NCBI GenBank assembly: GCA_963785725.1
Contig: CAWAWS010000029.1
Coordinates: 64,001 to 128,000 of the forward strand
Length of the DNA: 64,000 bases
Reading direction: 5' to 3'
From: an uncultured delta proteobacterium
GTDB taxonomy: Bacteria; Myxococcota_A; Polyangia; Palsa-1104
Within the stretch, counting starts at the first letter, position 1. Every line of letters begins with the position of its first letter. Position numbers and translations under genes: made by a program. Shown here in pieces: positions 20,725 through 33,979 of the stretch. The notes below the pieces were generated by a model. It did not search any database, was not told where the DNA came from, and worked only from the letters and a program-made list of their open reading frames with translations.

Positions 20725-21750
20725 TCAGTAGTGGATGTCGTCGTGGCGGACTTTGCCGGCGAAGGCGCGGAAGAGGTACGTGAAGTAGCCGATCGCCAGC
20801 AGCAGCGCGGGGATCCACCACATGAGGCCGACGGCGAGCCCGTGGTGCCCGGTGGCGCCGTTGTAGGCGGTGACGTCGTAGGCGCCGGCGACGGTGGAGC
20901 GCAAGATCGTCGGGAAGAGCGCGGCGGCCGTGGCGACGAGCAGGCCGGCCAAGAACGCGGTCGAGCCGAAGAAGGCGGCGGCGTCGCGGCCGCGACGGTG
21001 CGCGACGAAGGCGACGATGAAGCCGGCCGCGGCGACGAGCGGAAACGGCCACGCCCACGGCCGCGCGACGAGCTGGCCAAAGAGCGCGCCGTTGATGCGC
21101 GTGGTCCAGATGGTGACGGCGACGCCGAGGATTCCCGTCGCTCGCCACAAGCGCAGGGCCAGCGTGCGGGCGCGCAGCTGCAGCTCGCCTTCGGTCTTGT
21201 GCGCGATCCAATGGGCGCCGTGCGCGCCCAAGACGACGACCGTGAAGAGGCCGACGGTCATCGTGTAGCCGTCGAGCGCGCCGTCGCGGCCGCCGAATAG
21301 CGGCGCCGCGAAGCTGCCGTCGCTGCCGACGGGAACGCCGCGGATGACGTTGGCGAACGAGACGCCGAGCACGAAGGCGAGCAGCGTCGAGGCGCCGGCG
21401 AAGCTGACGTCGAAGAAGGCGTGCCACAGCGGGTTCGGCCACTGACCGCGGAACTCAATCGACAGACCGCGCACGATGAGGAGCCAGAGCACGATCATGA
21501 GCGGCAAGTAGAACCCGCTGAAGGCGGCGGCGTAGGCGTGCGGGAAGGCGAAGACGAGCACGCCGCCCGAGCCGATGAGCCAGACCTCGTTGCCGTCCCA
21601 AATCGGGCCGATGGCGGCGAGAATCGTGCGGCGCTCGCCGTCGTTCTTGGCGATGAGCAAGTGGGCGATGCCGGCGCCGAAGTCGAAGCCGTCGAGGACG
21701 ACGTAGACCGTCAGCATCAGCGCCAGCAGCGCGTACCAAACGGCTTCCAT
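20725..21750 (-). CDS. cydB: Cytochrome bd oxidase subunit II
   Basis: YVVLDGFDFGAG, IGPIWDGNEVWLI, RGLSIEFR. Confidence 0.95.
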   Translation of the reverse strand: MEAVWYALLALMLTVYVVLDGFDFGAGIAHLLIAKNDGERRTILAAIGPIWDGNEVWLIGSGGVLVFAFPHAYAAAFSGFYLPLMIVLWLLIVRGLSIEFRGQWPNPLWHAFFDVSFAGASTLLAFVLGVSFANVIRGVPVGSDGSFAAPLFGGRDGALDGYTMTVGLFTVVVLGAHGAHWIAHKTEGELQLRARTLALRLWRATGILGVAVTIWTTRINGALFGQLVARPWAWPFPLVAAAGFIVAFVAHRRGRDAAAFFGSTAFLAGLLVATAAALFPTILRSTVAGAYDVTAYNGATGHHGLAVGLMWWIPALLLAIGYFTYLFRAFAGKVRHDDIHY

Positions 21751-23112
21751 CTAATGACCCTCGACGTCGGGGCCGCGCACGAGCTGCCGCGCGACGAGGC
21801 CGAGGAACGCCAGGCCGACGACCAAGTAGAGGCCGAGCCAGCCGATCGTCGTGAACGCGACGCTGCCGGCCGAGACGTGCGGCGACGTGCCGGCGGACGT
21901 GCGCATGAGGCCCTAGACGAGCCACGGCTGGCGGCCGAGCTCGGCGGTCATCCAGCCGGCGGTAGTGGCGATGTACGGGAACGGCAAGGCGAGCATCAGG
22001 ATCCACAGGAGCCAGCGCGTCTGTGCGAGCTTGCGTCGCCACAACAGGAGCGCCGACAGACCAGCGACGGCGAAGAGCAGCGTCCCGAGGCCGACCATCA
22101 CATGGTAGCGTAATACAAGAGCTCGATGTTGTCGGGCCACTGGTCGCGCGGGAAATCCTCGAGCCCGTAGACGGTCGCGCCGAAGCTGCCGTAGGACAGC
22201 AAGCTGAGCACGCCGGGCACGAGGATGGGATTGTCGAGCTGCCGCTTGGCGACGTCGGGCTGGCCGATGAGCGCGAGCTCGGCGTGGTCGCTCGACGCGA
22301 ACTTGCCCTCCATCGCCGCCAGCGCCGGCTGTTGATACTGCGCCATCAGCTTGCCTTGGCGATCGCCGGTCGGGAACAGCTGCAGGCAGCAGGCGACGAC
22401 GGCGGCGATGACGCCGACCGACAAGCAGGCGCCGGCGACGTCGCGATGGCGGTCGAGCAGCAGCCAGCCGGCGCCGACGGCGGCGACGGCGAAGGCGCCG
22501 GTCATCACGGCGGCGCACATGACGTGCGGGAATTCCCAGAATCGCCCACGGGTTGAAGAGGTAGGTCCAGGCGTTGGCCAGCTCCAACGCCGGGCCGCCG
22601 TGGTTGCCGATGGCGTGGCCGACCGGGTGTTGCATGAAGGCGTTGGTGACGACGATGAAGTAGCCGGAGAGCCAGGAGCCGATGAGCAACATGACGGCGG
22701 CGAAGAGGTGGCCGCGCGGGCCCAGCTTTTTCTCGCCGAACAGGAAGAGGCCGAGAAAGGCCGACTCGGCGAAGAAGGCGAACATGCCTTCGAGCGCCAG
22801 CGTCAGGCCGATGACGCCGCCGGCGTAGCTGGAGAAGCGCGACCAGTTGGTGCCGAACTGGAACTCCATCGGCACGCCGGTGACGACGCCGACGGCGAAG
22901 TTGATACCGAAGATGCGCGCCCAAAAGCGCGCCGCACGATTCCACCGGTCGTCATTGCCGGCGTCGCCTTTGGCGACGCTGCCGGGTCGCCGCAGCGCCA
23001 GCACTTTGAAGACGACGATGAGCAGCGCCAGCCCCATCGAGAGCTGCGGGAACAGGTAGTGATACGTAATCGTGAAGGCGAACTGGAAGCGACTCCAGCC
23101 GATCGCGTCCAT
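21751..23112 (-). pseudogene. cydA: Cytochrome bd oxidase subunit I with two frameshifts (~22540, ~22108) and in-frame TAG (21913-21915); may be sequence errors
   Basis: SRFQFAFTITYHYLFP, GVPMEFQFGTNW, LAAMEG, AGWMTAELGRQPW across three frames. Confidence 0.85.
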
Positions 23113-23225
23113 GCCTCACGTATAACGCGTTCGCGCGGCGCCGCCACTTCGCGCGAAACGCTACGGCAAGCAAGGGTGGCGCCGCCTACTTCGACCAACG
23201 GTTGGCGCGGCGTACGGCGGGGCGG

Positions 23226-26454
<3,229 letters not shown>

Positions 26455-26503
26455 TCACGCTTCGCCCGTCGGTCAATAGCGCGACCCAAAGCAGAGTCGC
26501 GGG

Positions 26504-26557
26504 CTTGACACATTCGCGACAATGGCCATCTTGCTTTGCGTAACTGAAACAGTTTCA
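26504..26557 (+). promoter_or_regulatory. hsp20 promoter and palindromic operator
   Basis: TTGACA-N16-CATCTT; perfect TGAAAC-A-GTTTCA at 26545-26557. Confidence 0.5.
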
Positions 26558-26586
26558 TAACCGGGCTTTCCCGAGGAGGATTGAAC

Positions 26587-26994
26587 ATGCTCGTGCGTTG
26601 GACTCCGTTTGGCGACGTGGCTCGCCTGCAGCAAAATCTCGACTCGCTCTTTGGTGCCGCCGGTCACGACAAGGTCGTGCGCGGCTTCGCTCCCGCCGTC
26701 GACGTCCAAGAGGATGCCGACAAGATCGAGCTACAAGCCGATCTGCCGGGCGTAAAGCAGGAAGACATCGACATTCAGATCGATAAAGGGGTGCTCACGA
26801 TCAAGGGCGAGCGCAAGGTCGCGGCCGGTCGTGGCGAGCGCAACACCGGCGCCTTCTCGCGCGCGTTCACGTTGCCCGATACGGTCGACCTGGAGAAGAT
26901 CGGCGCCGCGCTCAAGGACGGCGTGTTGACGTTGACCTTGCCGAAGCGGCCGGAAGAGAAGCCGCGCCAGATCAAGGTCGCGGTTCAGTCGTAA
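26587..26994 (+). CDS. Hsp20/alpha-crystallin small heat-shock protein
   Basis: PAVDV, ADLPGV, LTIKGER, FSRAFTLP, LKDGVLTLTLPK; SD GAGGAGG. Confidence 0.95.
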   Translation: MLVRWTPFGDVARLQQNLDSLFGAAGHDKVVRGFAPAVDVQEDADKIELQADLPGVKQEDIDIQIDKGVLTIKGERKVAAGRGERNTGAFSRAFTLPDTVDLEKIGAALKDGVLTLTLPKRPEEKPRQIKVAVQS

Positions 26995-27018
26995 GTCTTC
27001 GGAAGTTGTCGGAAATGA

Positions 27019-27057
27019 GAAGGGCCGGCGGGAATTGTCCGCCGGCCCTTCGTTTTT
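27019..27057 (+). terminator. Intrinsic terminator
   Basis: GAAGGGCCGGCGG...CCGCCGGCCCTTC followed by GTTTTT. Confidence 0.85.
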
Positions 27058-27082
27058 GCGCCGCGACTTCCGCGAGCCTGAG

Positions 27083-27169
27083 CTAGAGCCCGCTGGCGCG
27101 AACGAGCATGAGCACCACCATGAGGACCAACACGCCGACGATAACGAAGCCGACGCGCCGCTGCGACAC
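27083..27169 (-). CDS. Candidate 28-aa single-TM peptide
   Basis: GTG start: MSQRRVGFVIVGVLVLMVVLMLVRASGL*. Confidence 0.4.
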   Translation of the reverse strand: MSQRRVGFVIVGVLVLMVVLMLVRASGL

Positions 27170-27275
27170 GCCGGAGCGCCCGAAGTAAGAGGAGTTGGAA
27201 GTGAGCGCGGTCGTTGCAAACGCGCTGAAGAGATGGGGATCGATTACGCGGCGGCGCGTTTGCCGCGCCGAGCGG

Positions 27276-29285
27276 CTACTTCTTGTGCTCGAGGTGCTTC
27301 TTGACGCGCGCCGCGACCTGCGGGCCGGTCAAGCCGAGCTTCTCGGCGATGATGTTGGCGGGCGCCGAGTAGCCGAAGTCGTCGATGCCGATGGTGAGAC
27401 CGCCGGCGCCGACCCACGACTTCCACAGGTTCGTGCGGCCGGCTTCGATCGAGACGCGCGTGCCGCCGTCGCCGAGCACCGACTGCTGCCACGCCTCATC
27501 CTGCGCCGCGAAGACCTCCAGGCACGGCAACGAGACGACGCGGCACTTGAGGCCGCCTTTGCCGAGCTCGCGCGCCGCCTCGACGGCGACGCCGGCCTCC
27601 GAGCCCGTCGCCAAGAACGTGACGTCGGGCGCGCCGCCCTCTTCTTTGAGCATGACGTAGCCGCCCTTGACCGCGTCGACGACGCGCGTGCCCGCCGGCG
27701 GCTCGGCCACTTTCTGGCGCGACAAGATGATCTCCGACGGACCATCCTTGCGCTCGAGCGCGTGCGCCCACGCCGCCGCGCACTCGATGGCATCGGCCGG
27801 ACGCCACACGTGCACGTGCGGAATGAGCCTGAGCGCCGAGACGTGCTCGATCGACTGGTGCGTCGGCCCGTCTTCGCCGAGGAACACCGAGTCGTGCGTG
27901 AAGACGTGGATCGCCTGGAAGCGCGACAACGCCGCCAGGCGAATCGCCGGGCGCATGTAGTCGCTGAACGTCAAGAACGTGGCCGTGAACGGGATGAAGA
28001 GGCCGTAGGCGGTGATGCCGTTGGCCATGGCGCCCATCGCGTGCTCGCGGATGCCGAAGCGCAGGTTGCGGCCGCCGTAGGTGCCGCCTTCGACCTTCGC
28101 CGAGTCCTTGAGCGGCGTCTTGGTCGAGCCGCCCAAGTCGGCGTCGCCGCCGATGAGCGACGGGATCAGCTTCGCCGCCGTTTGCAAGACCGCGCCCGCC
28201 AAGCTGCGCGTCGCGTCGGTCTGCTTGGGCGCCGCCGCGTCGAGCTGCTGCAGCAGGTCGGCGGGCACGCGCTTGTCGGACATCGCCGCGTAGGTCTTCG
28301 CGAGCTCGGGATGCGTGTTCAGCCACGTCTCTCTGTGCGCGTTCCAGCGCTCGTGCTCGGCACTCAACTCTTCGCCGCGCCTCTTCCACAGCGCGTGCAC
28401 TTCGTCGGGCACCCAGAACGGCTTGTCGAGCGGCCAGCCGGCGGCCTCTTTGGTCAGCTTCGTCTCTTTTTCACCGAGCGGCTCGCCGTGCGCCTTGTTG
28501 CTGTCGTGCTTGTTGGGCGAGCCGTTGCCGATGTGCGTGCGACACAAGATCAAGAACGGCCGCTCGGTCTCGGCCACGGCGGCGTCCAGCGCCGACTCGA
28601 TCTGCGCGTGGTCGTGCCCGTCGATGTGCAGGATGCGCCAGCCGTACGCTTCGAAGCGCTTGCCGACGTCCTCGTCCATGCTCTCGTCGAGCTTGCCGTC
28701 GAGCGTGATCTTGTTGTCGTCGTAGAGGTAGGTGAGGTTGCCGAGCTTCAAGTGGCCGGCGATCGACGCCGCTTCGTGCGAGATGCCCTCCATCATGTCG
28801 CCGTCGGAGACGATGCCCCAGATGCGATGATCGAAGAGGCCGGGGAAGCGCTCGTTGGCCATCTTCGCGGCGAGCGCCATGCCGACGCCGTTGGCGAAGC
28901 CTTGGCCGAGCGGGCCGGTCGTGACCTCGACGCCTTTGGTGATGTGGCTCTCGGGATGGCCGGGCGTCTTCGATCCCCACTGACGGAACTGCTTGAGCTG
29001 CTCGAGCGGCAGATCCTCGTAGCCGGACAGATGCATCAGCGAGTAGAGCAGCATCGAGCCGTGACCGGCCGACAAGACGAAGCGGTCGCGATCGGGCCAA
29101 TGCGGATCCTTGGCGTCGTGCTTCAGATAACGCGACCACAAGATGAAGGCGTAGTCGGCAGCGCCCATCGGCAGGCCGGGATGGCCGCTGTTCGCTTTCT
29201 CGATGGCGTCAATGGACAGGAACTTGATCGTATTTACGGCCAAGAGTGTGAGGTCGGCAGGCGCTGCGGCAGCCTTTGGGAACAA
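27276..29285 (-). CDS. tkt: Transketolase
   Basis: [50 protein letters not shown]. Confidence 0.97.
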   Translation of the reverse strand: MFPKAAAAPADLTLLAVNTIKFLSIDAIEKANSGHPGLPMGAADYAFILWSRYLKHDAKDPHWPDRDRFVLSAGHGSMLLYSLMHLSGYEDLPLEQLKQFRQWGSKTPGHPESHITKGVEVTTGPLGQGFANGVGMALAAKMANERFPGLFDHRIWGIVSDGDMMEGISHEAASIAGHLKLGNLTYLYDDNKITLDGKLDESMDEDVGKRFEAYGWRILHIDGHDHAQIESALDAAVAETERPFLILCRTHIGNGSPNKHDSNKAHGEPLGEKETKLTKEAAGWPLDKPFWVPDEVHALWKRRGEELSAEHERWNAHRETWLNTHPELAKTYAAMSDKRVPADLLQQLDAAAPKQTDATRSLAGAVLQTAAKLIPSLIGGDADLGGSTKTPLKDSAKVEGGTYGGRNLRFGIREHAMGAMANGITAYGLFIPFTATFLTFSDYMRPAIRLAALSRFQAIHVFTHDSVFLGEDGPTHQSIEHVSALRLIPHVHVWRPADAIECAAAWAHALERKDGPSEIILSRQKVAEPPAGTRVVDAVKGGYVMLKEEGGAPDVTFLATGSEAGVAVEAARELGKGGLKCRVVSLPCLEVFAAQDEAWQQSVLGDGGTRVSIEAGRTNLWKSWVGAGGLTIGIDDFGYSAPANIIAEKLGLTGPQVAARVKKHLEHKK

Positions 29286-29375
29286 GAGTCACCTCCGTCG
29301 GTGCGCGAATGTTCATGCTTTGTCGGGCCCGAGTCAACGCTTGTCCAGCGCCGATCGCGGCCTAACCTCGGAAAG

Positions 29376-29861
29376 ATGAAGATTGCGTTGCGCTGCGCGC
29401 TGGTTTTCGCGTCGTTCGGCTGCGCGCCCAAGCCGGTGCATGTGTCGCGGGCGGTTTGGCCCATCGGCCGTTCCCACCAGCCCTACTACGGAAAACCCGC
29501 GTATCTGGCGGAGGCGCACCCGCTCGTGGCCGTCAACGCGACGACCGCGCCGCGCAACGATTGTCCACAGCGTTCGCGGGCTTGCGACGAGCGCTTGCGG
29601 GCGACGCTGGCGGCGCTCGACGGTCAGCTGCTGGCGCTGTCGACGCCGCCGCAAGAGGTGGAGATGCAGGCGCTGCAGCTGTCGATCGTCGAGCTGGAGC
29701 CGCTGTTGGTGCCTTATCCCGACCTCGTCGCCGAGCAAGAGGAGCTGAAGACGACGGTGCCGAAGCTGCCGACGCAGCCGCTGGCGATCCAGTCGTCGAC
29801 GCGCAAACGACTCCTGGAATTGTCGGATCTGTTGCGGCTGCAGTTGGCCGCCGCCCAGTAG
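29376..29861 (+). CDS. Hypothetical lipoprotein
   Basis: MKIALRCALVFASFGC signal. Confidence 0.65.
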   Translation: MKIALRCALVFASFGCAPKPVHVSRAVWPIGRSHQPYYGKPAYLAEAHPLVAVNATTAPRNDCPQRSRACDERLRATLAALDGQLLALSTPPQEVEMQALQLSIVELEPLLVPYPDLVAEQEELKTTVPKLPTQPLAIQSSTRKRLLELSDLLRLQLAAAQ

Positions 29862-29899
29862 TTACGGCGCTGTTGCGGGCGTGCTAGGCTCCGCGCCCG

Positions 29900-30886
29900 A
29901 TGGCCAGCGACAAGAAAAACGGCAGCGCATTTCAGCTCTGGTTCGAAGACGCGTGGGAGGGCTGGATTCGTCCGCTCGGGCTCATCGTCGTCCTCGCGAT
30001 CGGCTACCTGCTCTACAAGTACGACCTGTTGAGCGAGACGGTCATGGGCGCCCTGTTGGTGCTGGGCGTGATCTTGGGCGCGATCGGCGCCGGCGTTTTG
30101 CCGGCGCTTCCGCTGACGCGCGCGCCCTGGCAGCGGGCGCTGCTCGTGACGATGGCGCTGGCGGCGCTGGTGGCGACGGGCTATCCGACACTGCGCTTGG
30201 TGCTCCCGGGCGCGCCGCTGGCCGAAGCCACGCTGACGACGGCGGCGCCGTCGGTGACGGTCACGCCGTCGGCGATCGGGCCCTACGACGTCACCGCGTC
30301 GGGCCACTTCAAGGACTCGAGCCGCGCCGAAGCCGAGGCCAGCTACACGCTCAAAGTCAGCGACAACTCGGGCGGCAGCGACGAGGTCGAAGGCGCCGTT
30401 CGCCGCAAGCAGCTGTCGTATCGCACGCGGCGCGGCTCGTCGACGTCGACCATGGAGCGCAACGAGCAGACGCTGCGCTTGCCGCACGTGCGCGGGCCGC
30501 AGGTGACGCTGGCGACGGACGTCGACGAGCAGCTCGAAGGCGGGCTCAAGCTGGAGCTGCGCCGCGGCAGCCTCAACCCGATCGTGTTCCTCGTGCTCGG
30601 CATCTTGGCGCTGTTGATGGCGCTGGTGCTCGACACGCGGCTCATCGACTGGAAGACCAACAAGAAGAGCCACGTGACGGCCTGCGTCGCCATCGCCTTC
30701 GCGTTCGCCGTCAGCTATCCCGACGAGGCGACGCCGCATGCGCTGGTGCGCCCGGCGGTGTCGTCGTTCATTCTCGCGCTCGTCGTCGGCGGGCTTGGCG
30801 GCTGGCTCTTGGGCGGCATCGGGCGCGTCTTGGCCGGGCCGAAGAAGCCCAAAAAAGCGTCGTCCACGTCCGCTTCGTCGCGCTGA
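29900..30886 (+). CDS. Hypothetical multi-pass membrane protein with extracytoplasmic domain
   Basis: About 3 TMs, soluble beta-rich region, about 3 TMs. Confidence 0.75.
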   Translation: MASDKKNGSAFQLWFEDAWEGWIRPLGLIVVLAIGYLLYKYDLLSETVMGALLVLGVILGAIGAGVLPALPLTRAPWQRALLVTMALAALVATGYPTLRLVLPGAPLAEATLTTAAPSVTVTPSAIGPYDVTASGHFKDSSRAEAEASYTLKVSDNSGGSDEVEGAVRRKQLSYRTRRGSSTSTMERNEQTLRLPHVRGPQVTLATDVDEQLEGGLKLELRRGSLNPIVFLVLGILALLMALVLDTRLIDWKTNKKSHVTACVAIAFAFAVSYPDEATPHALVRPAVSSFILALVVGGLGGWLLGGIGRVLAGPKKPKKASSTSASSR

Positions 30887-30904
30887 CACAGCTAGGCCGT
30901 CGTC

Positions 30905-31726
30905 ATGGCCAGCCTCGTCGTCGACGGCAATGAAGTCGGCTACAGCGAATCGGGCGTCGGTCCGACGCTCGTCTTCGTGCACGGCCAGCTCTGCGATTAT
31001 CGCTATTGGGAGCCGCAGCGCGCGGCGCTGGCGAAGTCGTATCGCGTCGTCGCCGTCAGCTTGCGCCACTTTTGGCCCGGCCACTGCGACGAGTCGTCGC
31101 GCACGTTCACGACCGACGTGCACGCGGGCGACGTGGGCGCGTTCATCGCCGCGCTCGACATCGGGCCGGTGCATCTGTGCGGCCACTCGCGCGGCGGTTA
31201 CGTCGCGCTGCGCGTGGCCCGGCGGTTCCCGCGGCTGTTGCGCACGTTGACGCTGGCCGAGCCGGCCGGCCCCGTCGCCGATCCGGCGCGCGCGGAGCCG
31301 CCGGCGTCGCTGGCGCTCGAACGCGCGTTGCCGCAGGTGCTCGATCGCTTGCGCGCCGGTGACATCGACGCTGGGCTGACGCTGTTCGTCGATGTCGTCG
31401 CCGGTGCCGGCGCGTGGTCGCGCAGCGCGCCGGCGTTCAAGCGCATGGCGCGCGACAACGCGATGACGCTGTTGGCGCAGGCGAAGTACGAGCCGGTGCG
31501 CGCGCCCATCGCTTACGCCGACGTGCAGTCGATCGCGGTGCCGGTGCTGCTCGTCGGCGGCGAGCGGACGCCGGCGCCGTATCCGCAGACGCTGGCGACG
31601 CTCGAGCGGGCCTTGCGCGACGTGCGCCGCGTGCTCATTCCGCGCACCGGCCACGCCATGAACGTCGAGAACGCGCCCGCCTTCAACCGCGAATTGCTGC
31701 AGTTTCTCGACGAGCCCGGCAGGTAA
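30905..31726 (+). CDS. Alpha/beta hydrolase
   Basis: VFVHG, GHSRGG nucleophile elbow, TGHAMN. Confidence 0.92.
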   Translation: MASLVVDGNEVGYSESGVGPTLVFVHGQLCDYRYWEPQRAALAKSYRVVAVSLRHFWPGHCDESSRTFTTDVHAGDVGAFIAALDIGPVHLCGHSRGGYVALRVARRFPRLLRTLTLAEPAGPVADPARAEPPASLALERALPQVLDRLRAGDIDAGLTLFVDVVAGAGAWSRSAPAFKRMARDNAMTLLAQAKYEPVRAPIAYADVQSIAVPVLLVGGERTPAPYPQTLATLERALRDVRRVLIPRTGHAMNVENAPAFNRELLQFLDEPGR

Positions 31727-32425
31727 CTACTTCTTGCCGCCGCCCACGAGCGCGTCCGCGAAGTCGTGATAGGTCGCCGCGCAGGCCTTCTCGATAGGCA
31801 CGGGACAGAGCGCGCCGGCCGACAGCGTCCACTCCTTGGTCTGCGCCAGCGTCGTCGCGTAGACGGTCGCGGGCAGGTCGCCGCGCGATGTCTGGAAGTG
31901 CGCGCCCAGGAACACGAGGCCCTGCGCCGACTCGAGCCCGATCTGCTTGAACGTCGCGTTCAGCTGCGCCGTCGCCGTCGCCGGCGGCAAGAGATCGGCG
32001 AGCGCGCGCGCGGCCAGCCGCTCGGCGACGAGTGGCATCGGCTTGCCGCCCGCCGGCTGCTTGCAGCGCGGGCTGACGAAGATCTCGAAGACCGGCCACA
32101 TGCCCTGAACGCTCGCTTTCGCCGTCAGCTGCAGTTGATCCGGTCGCTCGCGGCGCACCGTCCAGCCCGGCGGCAGCTTCGCCTGAAGCTGCGCGAAGCC
32201 CGTGAGGTGAACGCGATTGTGGGCGCGGTCGTAGGTCCAATCGGGCATGACCGCTTGGGCGCAGTCGCTGCCGTTGGCCAGCGGGGCGTCAGCGCTCGTC
32301 GGCTTGGCCGCCGCCGGCGCGGGTGGCGCCGCGGCGGGTGACGGCGGCGGAAGCGGCGCGGCGTGCGCGCAGCCGCTGACTCCCGCGAGTAGGGCGAGGC
32401 TGATGACAAATCGAGTCAACTTCAT
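31727..32425 (-). CDS. Hypothetical lipoprotein
   Basis: Lipobox VSGC, Pro/Ala linker, SD GGAGG. Confidence 0.7.
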   Translation of the reverse strand: MKLTRFVISLALLAGVSGCAHAAPLPPPSPAAAPPAPAAAKPTSADAPLANGSDCAQAVMPDWTYDRAHNRVHLTGFAQLQAKLPPGWTVRRERPDQLQLTAKASVQGMWPVFEIFVSPRCKQPAGGKPMPLVAERLAARALADLLPPATATAQLNATFKQIGLESAQGLVFLGAHFQTSRGDLPATVYATTLAQTKEWTLSAGALCPVPIEKACAATYHDFADALVGGGKK

Positions 32426-32485
32426 CCTCCGCTTAGCGAGAGCCGCGATTCGGCGCGATGTCGCAATAAATCGTCGCTCGACCGG

Positions 32486-33979
32486 TCAGCCGAGCAGCTT
32501 GGCGAGCACGTCGTCGCGCACCAGCGGCGCCAAGCCGCCGCCGCCCAAGATGTTGACGATGCGGCTCTCGGACGCGCGCACGGCGCCGCCCGACGGGCGC
32601 GGCGCGTCGCCGCTGTTGGTGAACGCCGAGAGATCGACGTACAGGTCGCGCGCGTGCAGCTCGTTGCCGTCGACGCGCAGGTGGCGCTCGGTGGGCGCGG
32701 CGACGAACTCCTGCACGACCCAGGCGTCGCGATCGGCCAGCGCGAAGTCGCACAGCTCGTGCCAGCCGACGACGTGGCCGGCCGGACGACCGAGCAGCGG
32801 CGCCAAGCGCGCCTGCGCCGACTCGGCGGCGGCCAGCTCGGCGCCCAAGAAGACGCCTTTGCCGCCGTAATCCCAGCTGCGCTTCAAGACCAGCTGCGCG
32901 CCGTTGTCGCGCGTCCAGGCAGCCAAGTCGGGGATGGGCGCGCCGTCGGGGCCGCGCGTCGGGCCGTGCGCATAGAGGCGCGTCCACGGCACCGAGGCGG
33001 CGACGGCGTGGCGCTCGTCGTCGTCGAGGCCGATGCGCGCGGACTCGGCGTCGTCGATGGCGGCGGCCGACAGCAAGCCGAGCATGGCCTTGACCTCGAG
33101 GTGGCTCGAGATCGGGTTGAACACGTGAAAGCGGTCGGGATCGAGGCAGACGCGCGCGAAGTCGCCGGCCGGATCGAGGCGGCGGGCGAAGATGTGGCGA
33201 TAGATGAGATCGGGGATGACGCCGTCGACGACCGCGCGGCCGTCGAGGATGCGCACGGTCTCGGGCGTGGCGATGAAGACGCGATGTCCGCGCGCGCTCC
33301 AACGCCGCACGTAGTGCATGAGCTCGCCGTACTGCGCGTCGCCGGCGCGGGCGACGATGGCGATCGACTGGGCGCCGTCGCGGCCGCCGAGCCGCGCGTG
33401 ATGCGCGAGCAGCGACTGCAGGAGGTCGTCGCTGTTGCGGCCGTTGGAGTCGCTGAGCGCGGCGATGGCGCCGTCGGACAAGCCGCGCGCGCGTCCGACG
33501 GCGGCGAAGAACGCCGCGGCGATGGCGTCGGAGTAGCCCTGCATCGCCGGGATGGTCGAGTTGACCTCGAGCGCGCGCGCGTGGCCGTCGGCGTCGAGGA
33601 GAAAGTCGACGCGCACCGTCGCCAGCTGCTCCGACTTGCGCCAGGTCGCGCCCAGCGCCTCCTGCTCGAGCGCGCCGAACGCGCCGAACAGCCGCTGCTT
33701 CAAGGGCGCGCGCGTGTGATCGTCCATCAGATCCGCGGTCAGCTTCTGCAGCCCGCGCGTGATGGCGTGCGCGTCGGTGGAGACCGCCGCCATCTTGGCG
33801 CGATCGATCGACGCGGGCGTGATGATGGGCGGAATCGGCGTCTCGCCGCCGTCGGCGAGCACGACATACGCGCCGTCGGCCCGCGCCCGCGTCGCGTAAT
33901 CACGCGCCAGCTTGGCCTGCTCGTCGGCGGAGAGCGCTTGCCAGAATGCGTCGAAGCGAGCGCGCGCGGTCGTCGTCAT
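32486..33979 (-). CDS. Circularly permuted ATP-grasp ligase (glutathionylspermidine synthase-like)
   Basis: RVDFLL...ALEVNS, DLIYR, VLKRSWDYGGKGVFLG, WVVQEFV, VNILGGGG. Confidence 0.78.
   Translation of the reverse strand: MTTTARARFDAFWQALSADEQAKLARDYATRARADGAYVVLADGGETPIPPIITPASIDRAKMAAVSTDAHAITRGLQKLTADLMDDHTRAPLKQRLFGAFGALEQEALGATWRKSEQLATVRVDFLLDADGHARALEVNSTIPAMQGYSDAIAAAFFAAVGRARGLSDGAIAALSDSNGRNSDDLLQSLLAHHARLGGRDGAQSIAIVARAGDAQYGELMHYVRRWSARGHRVFIATPETVRILDGRAVVDGVIPDLIYRHIFARRLDPAGDFARVCLDPDRFHVFNPISSHLEVKAMLGLLSAAAIDDAESARIGLDDDERHAVAASVPWTRLYAHGPTRGPDGAPIPDLAAWTRDNGAQLVLKRSWDYGGKGVFLGAELAAAESAQARLAPLLGRPAGHVVGWHELCDFALADRDAWVVQEFVAAPTERHLRVDGNELHARDLYVDLSAFTNSGDAPRPSGGAVRASESRIVNILGGGGLAPLVRDDVLAKLLG

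Noticed and set aside
21913..21915. Amber recoding (pyrrolysine or readthrough) in cydA
   Set aside because: TAG is the normal stop of many genes here (pepP, cls, kinases); one substitution from TAC or TGG explains it; no pyl genes seen
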